Assembly (NCBI GenBank): GCA_043799715.1
Contig: JAZDNM010000003.1
Location: 220,986-284,985, forward strand
DNA: 64,000 bases
Reading direction: 5' to 3'
Source: an archaeon
GTDB taxonomy: Archaea > Nanobdellota > Nanobdellia > Pacearchaeales > DTIR01
The notes beneath the pieces are model-generated. The model was not told the DNA's origin. It saw nothing but the letters and a program-made list of their open reading frames with translations, and made no database searches. Of this stretch, positions 46,306 to 56,156 are shown piece after piece. Every line of letters begins with the position of its first letter. The first letter of the stretch is position 1. Position numbers and translations under genes: made by a program.

Positions 46306-47640
46306 TTACAAAACAAGCTTCTGCATGTCCTGCTTCAAGTGGCAGTTCTTCCCGAGCTTGTATCCCATTTCTGATGCAAGTTCGGCCATGCAGCTCAGCT
46401 TCTGCATGTCTCCATGAGCAGGAATTATATGCTCAGGATTTACCATATTTATGAAATCCCTCAAATCTTCCTTTGCAGCATGCCCTGACACATGAACATC
46501 AGTAAAGATTCTGACACCTTTTGCCTTTAATCTTTTTTCAAGCTGCTGCTTGTTTGCCATATTCATCGGAGTTGGGATTGTCCTGCTGCTGAAAATAACA
46601 TGGTCTTTGCTTTCAAAATTAAAAGGCAGCACATTTCTTGATAGCCTATCAAGCATGCTTCCTGGCTCGCCCTGATGCCCTGTGCATACAATCAAATACT
46701 CACGCCTATTTTTTGATATTTTTTTCAGCATTGACTCAACCTGATTCTTGTATGTTGCTGTCGGTATTCCTTCTGCAAAATCCGCAAGCTTCAGCCTTGA
46801 TGCTACATTGACATATTTGGCTAAACTTCTTCCGAGAAACACGACTTTCCTGTTAAGCTGCTTCCCGAAATCAACAATGCTCTTCAGTCTTGCTATATGG
46901 CTGCTGAATGTCGTCACGATAATGCACCCTTCCTCATTGCTTGTTGTCAGCAAAACATCCTCAAGAAGCCCTCTTGCGATTTTCTCGCTTGGAGTTTTTC
47001 TTTCCTCTCCTGAATAAAGCGAGTCAACCACAAGCGCCTTTACCCCTTCCTTGGCTATCTCCCTTATTTTTTCATAATTTGGCTTTTTCCCGACTATTGG
47101 AGTGTTGTCAAACTTAAAGTCATTTGCATAAAGTACAACACCCTCGTCTGTGTGAACTGCAATAAGGGCTGTCTGGAGCGTTGAATGGGTAATATTGATG
47201 AAATCAACCTTGTACTGCTTTTTGCCTCTTATAATACATGATGAATTCGGCTGCACAGGAATTATGTTATTGGGAATTGTTGTTCCTTCATCCCTCATTA
47301 ATGTCTGAAGAACTTCTGTTGAGAACGGCGTTGCCATGACATCTGCATTGTATCTCGGAGCGATGTATGGAATAGCTCCGATATGGTCAAGATGAGCATG
47401 GCTTGCGAGAATAGCCCTTACCTTGTTCCTCAAACCCATCTGCTCTAGAATTGTGTCTTCTGGCAGCGCGCCTATGCTCCTTAGTTTTTTCTCATTCATG
47501 ACAAGCTTTTCCCTTTCCTCAACTTCAACTAACGCAGGAAGGTAAAGCCCGCAGTCAAGAATTATGACATCTTCGCCTATTTCAAGGGCAGTCATATTCT
47601 TCCCGACTTCACTGTATCCGCCTATTGTATGCAGTTTCAT
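46306..47640 (-). CDS. rnj: Ribonuclease J (archaeal)
   Basis: GGY.EVGKNM, HAHLDHIG, FSSHIAR, HVSGH, PAHG. Confidence 0.95.
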   Translation of the reverse strand: MKLHTIGGYSEVGKNMTALEIGEDVIILDCGLYLPALVEVEEREKLVMNEKKLRSIGALPEDTILEQMGLRNKVRAILASHAHLDHIGAIPYIAPRYNADVMATPFSTEVLQTLMRDEGTTIPNNIIPVQPNSSCIIRGKKQYKVDFINITHSTLQTALIAVHTDEGVVLYANDFKFDNTPIVGKKPNYEKIREIAKEGVKALVVDSLYSGEERKTPSEKIARGLLEDVLLTTSNEEGCIIVTTFSSHIARLKSIVDFGKQLNRKVVFLGRSLAKYVNVASRLKLADFAEGIPTATYKNQVESMLKKISKNRREYLIVCTGHQGEPGSMLDRLSRNVLPFNFESKDHVIFSSRTIPTPMNMANKQQLEKRLKAKGVRIFTDVHVSGHAAKEDLRDFINMVNPEHIIPAHGDMQKLSCMAELASEMGYKLGKNCHLKQDMQKLVL

Positions 47641-47749
47641 TCTGTCTCTCTTTTATCTTGTAAATAACAAATATGTATTTAAATATCTTATTAGAAGATT
47701 TTTTGCAAAATCCCCCTGAAAAATTATTTTAGAAGCCCTGCTGGAAAAA

Positions 47750-48214
47750 TTATTCTGTTTTCTGCTCTGGCTGCTCTTCTTCCCTTCTTATTACTCTTAC
47801 ATTGTCGAATTTTACCGTGACTGGGATAGGCACTGCAGCTCCGAGGAGCTCAACAACAACCTCTTCCTGTCCCTTATCAACCCTTATAACCTTCGCTTTT
47901 TCCTTCTTGAACGGCTCTGCGATTATCTCAACTATGTCGCCTTTTTCCATTTTGATTGTTGATGGAGTGTATTCAAGCAGGTTCTTGATTTCCTCATAAG
48001 AAACTGTCTTGGGGATTATTCCCTTGATATAAGAAATATTAAAACAGGCTTCCTCTGCGGTCTCCTTGTCAGGCGACTCGAGGAATATGTATCCTTTCAA
48101 ACCATGAGTTCTGACAATGCTCTGTATCTGGATATTCTTCTTGGCTACACGCTCTGCTATCAAATCAACAACCTGGTCTTCCTTGTTTGTCGTAACCTTT
48201 AATACAAATATCAT
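47750..48214 (-). CDS. spt5: Transcription elongation factor Spt5/NusG
   Basis: LKGYIFLE NGN domain, GDIVEII..PFK KOW, VPIPVTV; start at 48214 coupled to secE. Confidence 0.94.
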   Translation of the reverse strand: MIFVLKVTTNKEDQVVDLIAERVAKKNIQIQSIVRTHGLKGYIFLESPDKETAEEACFNISYIKGIIPKTVSYEEIKNLLEYTPSTIKMEKGDIVEIIAEPFKKEKAKVIRVDKGQEEVVVELLGAAVPIPVTVKFDNVRVIRREEEQPEQKTE

Positions 48215-48393
48215 TTTATTTTCATCAGCGTCATTGCAACGCCTATTACGAATCCTATGAATCCTATTATAAGCATTCCTATCAGTGAAACTCTCGCGAT
48301 TATTTTGAACTCCTCCTTGCTTGGCTTTCTCAAAACCTGCCAAACCCTCGAACACTTAAGCATAAAATCCTTAACCTGAACGAGAAATTTCAT
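48211..48393 (-). CDS. secE: SecE / Sec61 gamma
   Basis: RVWQVLRKPS.EEF, TM with GFIGF; ftsZ-secE-spt5 synteny. Confidence 0.92.
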   Translation of the reverse strand: MKFLVQVKDFMLKCSRVWQVLRKPSKEEFKIIARVSLIGMLIIGFIGFVIGVAMTLMKIK

Positions 48394-48457
48394 TTTACTG
48401 AAGATATGATTAAAAACAAATTGCGGGTGTTTTTAAACGTTTTGATTTGTGCGGGGA

Positions 48458-48817
48458 TTATTTGATTATTCCTAAAGATGCCATTTCCCCAATAATTGCT
48501 TCACTAACTTTCCAAGATAATTCTGGAAAGTCCTCTTTTATCTTAGTCCAAATCCACATCTCTTGGGTAAAATAAGGCATAGGATTTCCCTTCTCTTTTT
48601 CTTTAAGTTCTTCTGTTTGGTTTATATTAAAAATTATATGATACGCCTCGTGCAGTACAAATAGTTCAATCAATTCTGGGGGATTTTCCCTTCCGATTCT
48701 ATTTCCTTCTGGGTGAGTTGAACCTCCCAAACCCTCTACAATAATCACTGGAAATTCAAAATTATATTTCTCAATTAATCTTTTCTTTGCAGAATTTATT
48801 TGTTCTTCAAATTCCAT
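48458..48817 (-). CDS. Hypothetical protein with an HExxH motif (AT-rich insert)
   Basis: VLHEAYH with a downstream E (FTQE). Confidence 0.6.
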   Translation of the reverse strand: MEFEEQINSAKKRLIEKYNFEFPVIIVEGLGGSTHPEGNRIGRENPPELIELFVLHEAYHIIFNINQTEELKEKEKGNPMPYFTQEMWIWTKIKEDFPELSWKVSEAIIGEMASLGIIK

Positions 48818-48824
48818 TATTAAT

Positions 48825-48992
48825 TTAGAAGATGGATTTATATGTAGCCAGAACTCCCGCTAAGGAAAACCCACCAATTACAGACCAAAAAAGGAATTTT
48901 ATATCTGCCACCCAACCAATAGTAAAGACTTCATAAAGAGATAAAAGCAAGACTATTAGAGAGATTACAAAAATTATTTTCTTAGTTATCAT
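48825..48992 (-). CDS. Small 2-TM protein (AT-rich insert)
   Basis: MITKKIIFVISLIV..., 55 aa. Confidence 0.55.
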   Translation of the reverse strand: MITKKIIFVISLIVLLLSLYEVFTIGWVADIKFLFWSVIGGFSLAGVLATYKSIF

Positions 48993-49020
48993 TTTATCGG
49001 TCCTTATCCCCTGCAGAACT

Positions 49021-50118
49021 CTACTCTTCAATAAAATCAATTCCCAATTCTTCTGAGATTGCCCTTGTTTTTTTGTCCTTGGTGCCCTCGCCGGGCCCAA
49101 GAATCTGGGGGCTCTTGACGCCTGTCACAATGAGCATTACCCTTACAGTTTTTTCCATGTCCTCGCTTATCTGCGCTCCCCAGATTAATTTTGCCTCTGG
49201 GTTTAATCTCTTGTTTATTGTTTCAAGAATTTTCCTTGCCTCATCCAAACTCAAGTCAGGCCCGCCTATGATATTGACTAATGCGCCTGTTGCTCCTGAA
49301 ACATCAACATCAAGCAGTGGATTCTGAAGTGCTTTTTCAACTGCCTCCTGCGCCCTATCCTGGGAATCAGATTCTCCCAAGCCAATCAATGCAACTCCGC
49401 CGCCTGTCATCACTGCCTTTATGTCAGCGAAATCAAGATTTACAAGCCCTGATTTTGTGATTACTTCTGTAGTGCCCTTGACTGCATTTGTAAGTATCTC
49501 ATCAGCAACCTTGAATGCAGTGTGCAGCGGAAGCTCTGGAGCAAGCTCAAGAAGCTTATCATTGGGTATAACAATCAGAGTGTCAACAATTGACTCAAGT
49601 TTTTCCAGTCCGAATAATGCGTTCTCATATCTTTTCTGCCCTTCAATTGAAAACGGCATTGTAACAACAGCGATTGTCAATGCTCCCTGTTTTTTTGCCA
49701 TCTCTGCGACAACAGGTGCAGAGCCTGTTCCTGTCCCGCCTCCAAGCCCGCAGGTTATGAATACCATGTCGCTGCCTGCAAGCGCCTGCTTTATCTCATG
49801 TTCAGATTCTCTTGCAGATTCCTCGCCTATTCTCGGGTTGCTTCCTGCACCAAGCCCCTGGGTTAATTCTTTTCCTATTAAAATTTTATAATCGGCATCA
49901 GTGTAAAGCAAGTCCTGCGCATCAGTGTTTATTGCTACAAGTTCTGCCCCTTTAATCCCTATTTCCTTCATCCTGCTGAGCGTGTTTCCTCCGCCGCCCC
50001 CGCATCCGACAACCCTTATGTTTGCCTTTCTTTTTGAAAGAATCTCCTCGAGCTCCCTGTCTACATCCTGTGTCCTAGAATCAGAAACTCTCGCCCCTTT
50101 TTCCTTCATCTCAGCCAT
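49021..50118 (-). CDS. ftsZ: Cell division protein FtsZ
   Basis: [34 protein letters not shown] tail. Confidence 0.98.
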   Translation of the reverse strand: MAEMKEKGARVSDSRTQDVDRELEEILSKRKANIRVVGCGGGGGNTLSRMKEIGIKGAELVAINTDAQDLLYTDADYKILIGKELTQGLGAGSNPRIGEESARESEHEIKQALAGSDMVFITCGLGGGTGTGSAPVVAEMAKKQGALTIAVVTMPFSIEGQKRYENALFGLEKLESIVDTLIVIPNDKLLELAPELPLHTAFKVADEILTNAVKGTTEVITKSGLVNLDFADIKAVMTGGGVALIGLGESDSQDRAQEAVEKALQNPLLDVDVSGATGALVNIIGGPDLSLDEARKILETINKRLNPEAKLIWGAQISEDMEKTVRVMLIVTGVKSPQILGPGEGTKDKKTRAISEELGIDFIEE

Positions 50119-50149
50119 CTCTCTTAAAATGGCTCCAAGTTTATAAAGT

Positions 50150-50677
50150 TTATTGTGATTTTTTCTTCGGCTTTGGCTTTTGCCTTGAAGGTTTTGTCTT
50201 TGCCTTGGCTCTTGGTTTTGATTTCTTTGTTACTGGGATTTGCTGGGGAAGCTGCTGCCTTATGATTCCTGCCTGCCTCAGCTGGTTCTGCAGTATTGTG
50301 TTCTCAATTGTAAGCCTCTTTGCTATTGAATCATAATTATGCAGCCTCGCAACAAGAAGATTAAGAACTGCATTCGCCTCATTAAGCGTCAGCTTTATTT
50401 CATACGGATTGATAATTTCAACAGAACTTGGCATGTAGGAAAAGCAGATTTCTGCCAGTCTTGAAAGCTCACTAACTTTTATCTCAACTTCTGCAAACGA
50501 GAAGAACATGCCGCTTGCCTTGCCTGACTCCTTTGGCTCGAATATTTTCTTTTTTTCTATCTGGCATTGGCTTTCGTTCCCCAGTCTTTCAACAAGCTGC
50601 TCCATTGCAGATGCCAGATGCTCTACAGGCCTTCCGAGCATTTCAATAACCAGTACTGCAGTAAGTTTATACTCCAT
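50150..50677 (-). CDS. Hypothetical protein upstream of ftsZ
   Basis: [24 protein letters not shown] motifs; basic tail. Confidence 0.8.
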   Translation of the reverse strand: MEYKLTAVLVIEMLGRPVEHLASAMEQLVERLGNESQCQIEKKKIFEPKESGKASGMFFSFAEVEIKVSELSRLAEICFSYMPSSVEIINPYEIKLTLNEANAVLNLLVARLHNYDSIAKRLTIENTILQNQLRQAGIIRQQLPQQIPVTKKSKPRAKAKTKPSRQKPKPKKKSQ

Positions 50678-52109
50678 TTTCCCTTGTCCTTATGATCATC
50701 CGCCTTGCAAGGAAGCAAACTGCAGCCATAAGCATTGCTGAAAGGAATATTGTCCCGACAAGCTTCCTGTCAACCCCTGCTTTTGATGAATACACTGCTT
50801 TTCCTGTCGCTGCCTGCTTTGCAGAAGATGCAGTGCTGAAATTTTGTGCATTTAAATTAGTTTCCATTTCTCCCTGCTCTGAAATTTTGTGCATCTCAAG
50901 CAGCGAAACTGCAAAATTAAAGTCCTTTGGAATTTTTCTGCTGCTTCTTAAAATCTGGACTTTTAAGGTGTAATCTCCTGGCTCTGCATCAGTTACAGAA
51001 TTGCTGAGTATGACTGTATTTTTTGAATTCGCATTGATTTCAACCTGCTGTATATTTCCATTCCTGTTTTCTTCTGGAATGCAGGAATAGCACTTGCTTC
51101 CCCTGAAAACATAGCTCCATACTTCAAATTTTGCCTTTATGTCCTTGTTGTTCCTTATCTCAACTGATGTTGTGAATGTCTCGTTTATTCTTGTTGTTTC
51201 CTGAGGAAGGATAAAATATTCAAAATCAGGAAGGCAGAGCGTGCTGTTTTCATTTAATGTTAGGGATTTATTTATTCTTTCATCAAGCCCTTCAATAATC
51301 AATCTGAATGTTAAATTTTCATCAACATTGCATCTCTCTTCTAGATCTATGGATGCAGTAAAAGTGAAGTTCGCGGACTTGTTATCTGCGTGAAAGACAA
51401 GCTCTTCTGTGGCTCTTTCCTCCTCGCTGTCCTCAATCCAGAGACGAACTGCATATTTTGCAGTGTTGTTCCTGTAGCCGCTGAGATTTATGCTGATTGA
51501 TGAGCCGAAATATGCTTCTGGTGGAACTTCTATGAACTCAAGCATGCAGGGATGTTCCTGGTTAGTTTGATTCTGCTGCTGTGTTTGGTTTGTCTGGTTC
51601 TGCTGGGGGATTTGCTGAACTGTGCAGTTGTTTGCTGTTCCGGGAGTCGGCGTGCAGTTCAGCCATGCTGTTCCGTTATATCCAAAAGATTTTCCGCTTT
51701 GCTTTAGGTTTTCATTCCATGAGAATGAACTTATCAAAGCAGATGAGTTGTCATAGAGATAAATTGTTTCGTTATCATCATTTAACCCGCTGCCGATAGT
51801 TGACAATCCAGCACAGCTTTCATTGGACAGATTAAAATTTGAGCATCCTATTGAAGAATCAGCTATTATTGCAAATCCGTAAGGGGCAATTGTCAGGCTG
51901 ATAGAATCATTTGAAACTGCATCAGCAATTTTCCAGTTGGTTAAGTTCAGCATTGAATTCTCATTATTATAAATCTCAACCCACTCATCCCCGTAGGAAT
52001 TATTGCTATGGGGCATAACCTCATTTATCATTACTGAGGCGGATGCATAAGAGATATTTAGGAATATTAAAAAGAATGATAAAATCAGGATGCCTCTTTT
52101 TCCAAGCAT
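50667..52109 (-). CDS. Lamin-tail-domain surface protein with C-terminal TM
   Basis: INEVM, EWVEIYN, L.D..ET..L, PTPG..N. Confidence 0.87.
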   Translation of the reverse strand: MLGKRGILILSFFLIFLNISYASASVMINEVMPHSNNSYGDEWVEIYNNENSMLNLTNWKIADAVSNDSISLTIAPYGFAIIADSSIGCSNFNLSNESCAGLSTIGSGLNDDNETIYLYDNSSALISSFSWNENLKQSGKSFGYNGTAWLNCTPTPGTANNCTVQQIPQQNQTNQTQQQNQTNQEHPCMLEFIEVPPEAYFGSSISINLSGYRNNTAKYAVRLWIEDSEEERATEELVFHADNKSANFTFTASIDLEERCNVDENLTFRLIIEGLDERINKSLTLNENSTLCLPDFEYFILPQETTRINETFTTSVEIRNNKDIKAKFEVWSYVFRGSKCYSCIPEENRNGNIQQVEINANSKNTVILSNSVTDAEPGDYTLKVQILRSSRKIPKDFNFAVSLLEMHKISEQGEMETNLNAQNFSTASSAKQAATGKAVYSSKAGVDRKLVGTIFLSAMLMAAVCFLARRMIIRTRENGV

Positions 52110-52143
52110 GAGAATGTTTAGAGAAGGGAATATTTAAAATTTT

Positions 52144-53154
52144 TTAATTGAAAATTCCTGCAATTTTCTCATTGCAGAACCTGCATCTGCCTTTCTCTAT
52201 GTAATTCTTGAAGACAAAATAGCCCTGCCTTATAATCAGCTGCTTTTTGCATTTCGGGCAGCATGTTGCATTTGCTTCGCTGTCATTTATGTTTCCTGTG
52301 TAGACATATTTCAATCCTGCCCTGAGCGCAATGTCTTTTGCCCTGATTATTGTTTTTTCAGGCGTCGGCTGCAGGTTAGCCATCTTGAATGTGGGATGGA
52401 ATGCTGAAAGGTGCAATGGAATGTTCTTGTCAATTTTTGCAATGTATCCTGCAAGTTCTTTTATCTCCTCCTCGCTGTCATTTAGTTTAGGAATTATGAG
52501 GTTTGTGAGCTCAAGCCAGATTTTGTTTTTGTGCAGCATTTTTATTGAGTCAAGCACTGGCTCAATGCTGCCATCGCAGATTTTCCTGTAGAATTTTTCT
52601 GAAATTGACTTCAAATCTATATTTGCCGCATCAATGTATCTGCAAAGCTCATTCAGCGGCTCAGGATTTATGAAGCCGTTGCTCACAAGAACATTTTTTA
52701 TTCCTTTTTCTCTTGCAATCTTCGCTGTGTCAAGCATGTACTCATAGAACACAGTCGGCTCTGTATAGGTGTATGCGATAATGCTGCACTCCGCATCAAT
52801 TGTTTTCTGGACAATCTCTTCAGGAGACATGGTTATTGAAGGATAGTATTCAGGGCGCTCCTGCGAGATTTGCCAGTTCTGGCACTGCTGGCAGTGCAGA
52901 TTGCAGCCGACTGTTGCGATGCTCATTGCCTGCTGCCCGGGCATAAAGTGATATAGCGGCTTTTTTTCTATAGGGTCGGGGTTCATGCTGCAGAGTTTCC
53001 CGTAAACAATGCTGCGCAGAATGCCTTCCTGATTTTCCCTTACATTGCAGTTTCCCCTTTCGCCATTCTTGATTGTGCAGAATTTTGGGCAGAGCTGGCA
53101 CTGCACAGTCTTGTTCTTAAGTTTCCTGTAATAAAGAGCTTCTTTTTCCTGCAT
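52144..53154 (-). CDS. amrS: AmmeMemoRadiSam radical SAM enzyme
   Basis: CQLCPKFC, DPIEKKPLYHF, GCNLHCQQCQNW, YTYTEP, YVYTGN. Confidence 0.94.
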   Translation of the reverse strand: MQEKEALYYRKLKNKTVQCQLCPKFCTIKNGERGNCNVRENQEGILRSIVYGKLCSMNPDPIEKKPLYHFMPGQQAMSIATVGCNLHCQQCQNWQISQERPEYYPSITMSPEEIVQKTIDAECSIIAYTYTEPTVFYEYMLDTAKIAREKGIKNVLVSNGFINPEPLNELCRYIDAANIDLKSISEKFYRKICDGSIEPVLDSIKMLHKNKIWLELTNLIIPKLNDSEEEIKELAGYIAKIDKNIPLHLSAFHPTFKMANLQPTPEKTIIRAKDIALRAGLKYVYTGNINDSEANATCCPKCKKQLIIRQGYFVFKNYIEKGRCRFCNEKIAGIFN

Positions 53155-53214
53155 CTATTTTCTGGGAAACCGGAATTTAAAAGGTTTTTTAAATAATAAT
53201 CCGCAAGAGAGATA

Positions 53215-53649
53215 ATGGAAAGCAAAGCTCCTGAAGTTACTGTCGGGGCGCTGGTTTTCAATGCTGCTGGAAAGCTTTTTCTTGTGAAATCCCATAAATG
53301 GCGCGACAAGTATGCCATCCCGGGAGGGCATATAGAGCTTGGCGAGACTGCTGAAGAGGCGCTGAAAAGGGAGATTATGGAAGAGACAGGAATGAATATA
53401 TCTGGCTTGGAATTTATAGGATTTCAGGAGCATGTGTTTGACACTGCTTTCTGGAAAAAAAAGCATTTTATCTTTCTTGATTTTGCGTGCAAAACAGATT
53501 TCCCAGAGAACGGGAAAATCCAGCTGAATGATGAAGGGCAGAGTTATATCTGGGTTGATGCGAAAGAGGCATTGAAAATGGATGTTGAGCCCTATACCAA
53601 AAAGACAATTGAGAATTATCTTTATATTAAGGGCAGGAAAAATTTATAA
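53215..53649 (+). CDS. NUDIX hydrolase
   Basis: PGGHIELGE...ALKREI.EETG. Confidence 0.92.
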   Translation: MESKAPEVTVGALVFNAAGKLFLVKSHKWRDKYAIPGGHIELGETAEEALKREIMEETGMNISGLEFIGFQEHVFDTAFWKKKHFIFLDFACKTDFPENGKIQLNDEGQSYIWVDAKEALKMDVEPYTKKTIENYLYIKGRKNL

Positions 53650-53682
53650 TAGCTGTCTGCCTTGTAGTTTTGGAGGTGTAAA

Positions 53683-54390
53683 GTGAAAAGAGGTATTTTT
53701 TTAGGGGTATTTATTGCAATAACAATCATGTTTTCTCTTGCAGTGGCGATAGCTGCATCAGGGAACTCCGGTTTGGCAACAGGCGCTGGAAATGGCGATA
53801 GCTCTGTTTCAGCAGCCAATAATAAGGCTGCAAGTATAAAGGCAAGCGCGGCAATGATAAGAGAGCGTGTTGAAGAAGAGATTGGAGCAAGAAACATAAG
53901 CGAACTGAAAATAATGATAGCCGAGAGAAAACAGAAGATGGAAATGCAGAGGGTAGGCATGGATAAGAAAGAGCAGAAGGTTTACGCAAACCAGAATGCT
54001 GTCAGAACTGCGGTTCATGCTCTTCTTGCAGTAAGAAATCTCACTGGAGGAATAGGCAAGAATGTTTCAGCAATTGCTGTTGAGTTTAACAACTCTGTCC
54101 AGAACACAATAAAAGCCGAGGCAAAGATAGAGAAGAGAAGCAAAATTGCAAGGATATTCTTTGGCGGGGATGATTCTGCTGCTGAGGAAATTGAGGCGAA
54201 TGTTGAACAGAACAAGCTCAGGATAGAGAACATGAATCAGCTCATGGACAATTGCAACTGCAGTGCTGAGGTAAAAGCGGTAATGCAGGAGCAGGTTCAG
54301 AATATGGAACTTGAGCAGGCAAGATTGAAGCAGGTTGCAAAAGCAGAAGTTAAGAGCAAAGGAATTCTTGGCTGGCTGTTCAAGAGATAG
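53683..54390 (+). CDS. Secreted helical hypothetical protein
   Basis: GTG start after GGAGGTG, signal peptide, NLTGGIG, RIFFGGD, GILGWLF. Confidence 0.75.
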   Translation: MKRGIFLGVFIAITIMFSLAVAIAASGNSGLATGAGNGDSSVSAANNKAASIKASAAMIRERVEEEIGARNISELKIMIAERKQKMEMQRVGMDKKEQKVYANQNAVRTAVHALLAVRNLTGGIGKNVSAIAVEFNNSVQNTIKAEAKIEKRSKIARIFFGGDDSAAEEIEANVEQNKLRIENMNQLMDNCNCSAEVKAVMQEQVQNMELEQARLKQVAKAEVKSKGILGWLFKR

Positions 54391-54438
54391 GAAAAGTTAG
54401 TTTTCTTTTTTTTGTTTTGATTTTTTGGCTGTTAGTTT

Positions 54439-54843
54439 CTACTTTGCAAACTCGTCAAAAGTCATGCCTTTCTTTTTTGCTGTTTCAAGCGAGATAGCAA
54501 GTCCTGACTTGGTTTTTTCTATGTCTCTTGGCTTCAAAAAGAACCAGCCCTGCCTGTTGAACTTTACTGCTATGATTGGCTGCAAGCCGAATATCTCTGA
54601 AAAAATAAGGAAGTTTTCAATCTGATGCTTGTCAAGATACCTTTTCTTTGACTTGCATGACTTCACTTCAATTGCATATTTTTTCTTGAACTTGCCTGCA
54701 AGCAAATCGCATGAATCATCAGAAGCTTGGGAGGAATGAGACATCAAGCCAGAGCCTGCGACTCTCACGCATGCGAAATTCGCGTCGCACATCATATGCA
54801 GCAGTTCGCGCTCTGCTGCAGCCCCTTTTTCCTTGTTTCCGAT
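54439..54843 (-). CDS. hjc: Holliday junction resolvase Hjc (N-terminus interrupted, or ATC start)
   Basis: In-frame KGAAAERELL upstream of the annotated ATG, RVAGSG, DLLA, IEVKS; no ATG/GTG/TTG between the in-frame TAG at 54856 and the conserved motif. Confidence 0.85.
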   Translation of the reverse strand: MGNKEKGAAAERELLHMMCDANFACVRVAGSGLMSHSSQASDDSCDLLAGKFKKKYAIEVKSCKSKKRYLDKHQIENFLIFSEIFGLQPIIAVKFNRQGWFFLKPRDIEKTKSGLAISLETAKKKGMTFDEFAK

Positions 54844-54972
54844 TTTGATATTCTCCTATTTTTAGATTCAAAATTGGGAACTTAAAAATTCGTCAGAATT
54901 TTTGTTGTTTCCCATATTATAAGCTCCAATAGCTGATAAGGAAATGTGTTCCTTCTATTTTTAAATTTTCCC

Positions 54973-55164
54973 TCACTCAAATATAAACAATTCATTGATT
55001 GTTGTCTTTAATGCCTTTGCGATGCCATGCGCGAGGTTCAGAGAGGGATTGTATTTTCCCTGCTCAAGAAAGAGTATCGTTTCTCTCCTGACTCCTGCTT
55101 TTTTTGCAAGTTCTTCCTGAGTCATATCAAACTTTGCTCTTAATTCTTTTATTCTGTTTCTCAT
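54973..55164 (-). CDS. Cro/CI-type HTH transcriptional regulator
   Basis: MRNRIKELR...MTQEELA...[16 protein letters not shown]. Confidence 0.92.
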   Translation of the reverse strand: MRNRIKELRAKFDMTQEELAKKAGVRRETILFLEQGKYNPSLNLAHGIAKALKTTINELFIFE

Positions 55165-55577
55165 TGCTCTTTCGCTGAAAAATACTTGAAAAGCAGGATG
55201 TAAAGAAGCATTGCCCCGCATGCAGTGCATGAAAGAGTAAATGCAAGCAGCTCATAAGCTGGATTTTTCGCTTTTTCTGCCATCAGGACTATTGAAGCAA
55301 GAGCCATGCCGATAACAAGAATTGTGTAAACTGCTCTTGATGTCTTTCCTGATATTTTTTCAATTCGCTCGTCATAAAGCACTTCATTGACTCTTGTCTT
55401 GAGGAAATACATCAATCCTGATGCTATGGCAAAAACTGCCAGAGGCACTATATAATTGCCAAGAACAACAAAAGCTCCTGTCACAACTGCCAGAATCATT
55501 GCGATAATCGCACTGTAAATCCTGAATTTCCTGTATTCAATCTTCTTTCCCTTGGTTTTCCTGTTGTTTTTTGCCAT
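55161..55577 (-). CDS. DUF2178-like membrane protein
   Basis: 4 TMs with a central DER motif, coupled to the HTH gene. Confidence 0.8.
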   Translation of the reverse strand: MAKNNRKTKGKKIEYRKFRIYSAIIAMILAVVTGAFVVLGNYIVPLAVFAIASGLMYFLKTRVNEVLYDERIEKISGKTSRAVYTILVIGMALASIVLMAEKAKNPAYELLAFTLSCTACGAMLLYILLFKYFSAKEQ

Positions 55578-55579
55578 TT

Positions 55580-55618
55580 TGTTAGATTAAAATAACATTT
55601 TGTTAGAAATACATAACA
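55580..55618. promoter_or_regulatory. Two tandem TGTTA-N8-TAACA operators between the TATA box and the start of the DUF2178/HTH operon
   Basis: 55580-55597 and 55601-55618, 21-bp period. Confidence 0.75.
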
Positions 55619-55767
55619 TATTGCTATTTAAACATTTCGGCTTGGTTTGGGCTTTGGGTCAGGCAGAAATAGATAAATTTTAAAAGCATGATTTATGTGA
55701 TTATGAGAGGGATTATGCATGCAAATGCAGAAGCCTTTAGACAAGCTATAAGGAGGATATATATAAG

Positions 55768-56076
55768 ATGGCTATAAAGAAGAAAGTAGAGGAAGTTTCA
55801 GCTAAGGAAGAATTCGGTAACGAAGAGAGTGAAGACACAGAAGAGATTGAAGAGACCGAAAAAAGCGAGAAATCCGAAGAGAGTGAAGAAAGCTCCCAGA
55901 GTGATATGCCTCAAAGAGAGATGCATAAGATAAAGTGCTCTGACTGCGGAAATGATGCTGAAGTTCCATTCAAACCAACTGAAGGACGCCCTGTGTACTG
56001 CAGAGATTGCTTTATGAAGCACAGGAAGCCGACAAGAAGTTTCGGCGGCGGTGGCGGGTACAACAGAAGGTATTAG
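55768..56076 (+). CDS. CxxC-x17-CxxC domain protein with an acidic N-terminus
   Basis: CSDCG...VPFKPT.GRPVYCRDC. Confidence 0.9.
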   Translation: MAIKKKVEEVSAKEEFGNEESEDTEEIEETEKSEKSEESEESSQSDMPQREMHKIKCSDCGNDAEVPFKPTEGRPVYCRDCFMKHRKPTRSFGGGGGYNRRY

Positions 56077-56156
56077 TTGAATTCTAAAAATTCATAAGAA
56101 ATCTATTTTGATTTTTTCTTTTTCTTTTATTTTTTGCCTGGTCAGAAGTATGAGAA

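Noticed and set aside
54841..54912. Canonical BHB mRNA intron in hjc
   Set aside because: The two junctions are purine-rich direct repeats and cannot pair into a bulge-helix-bulge.
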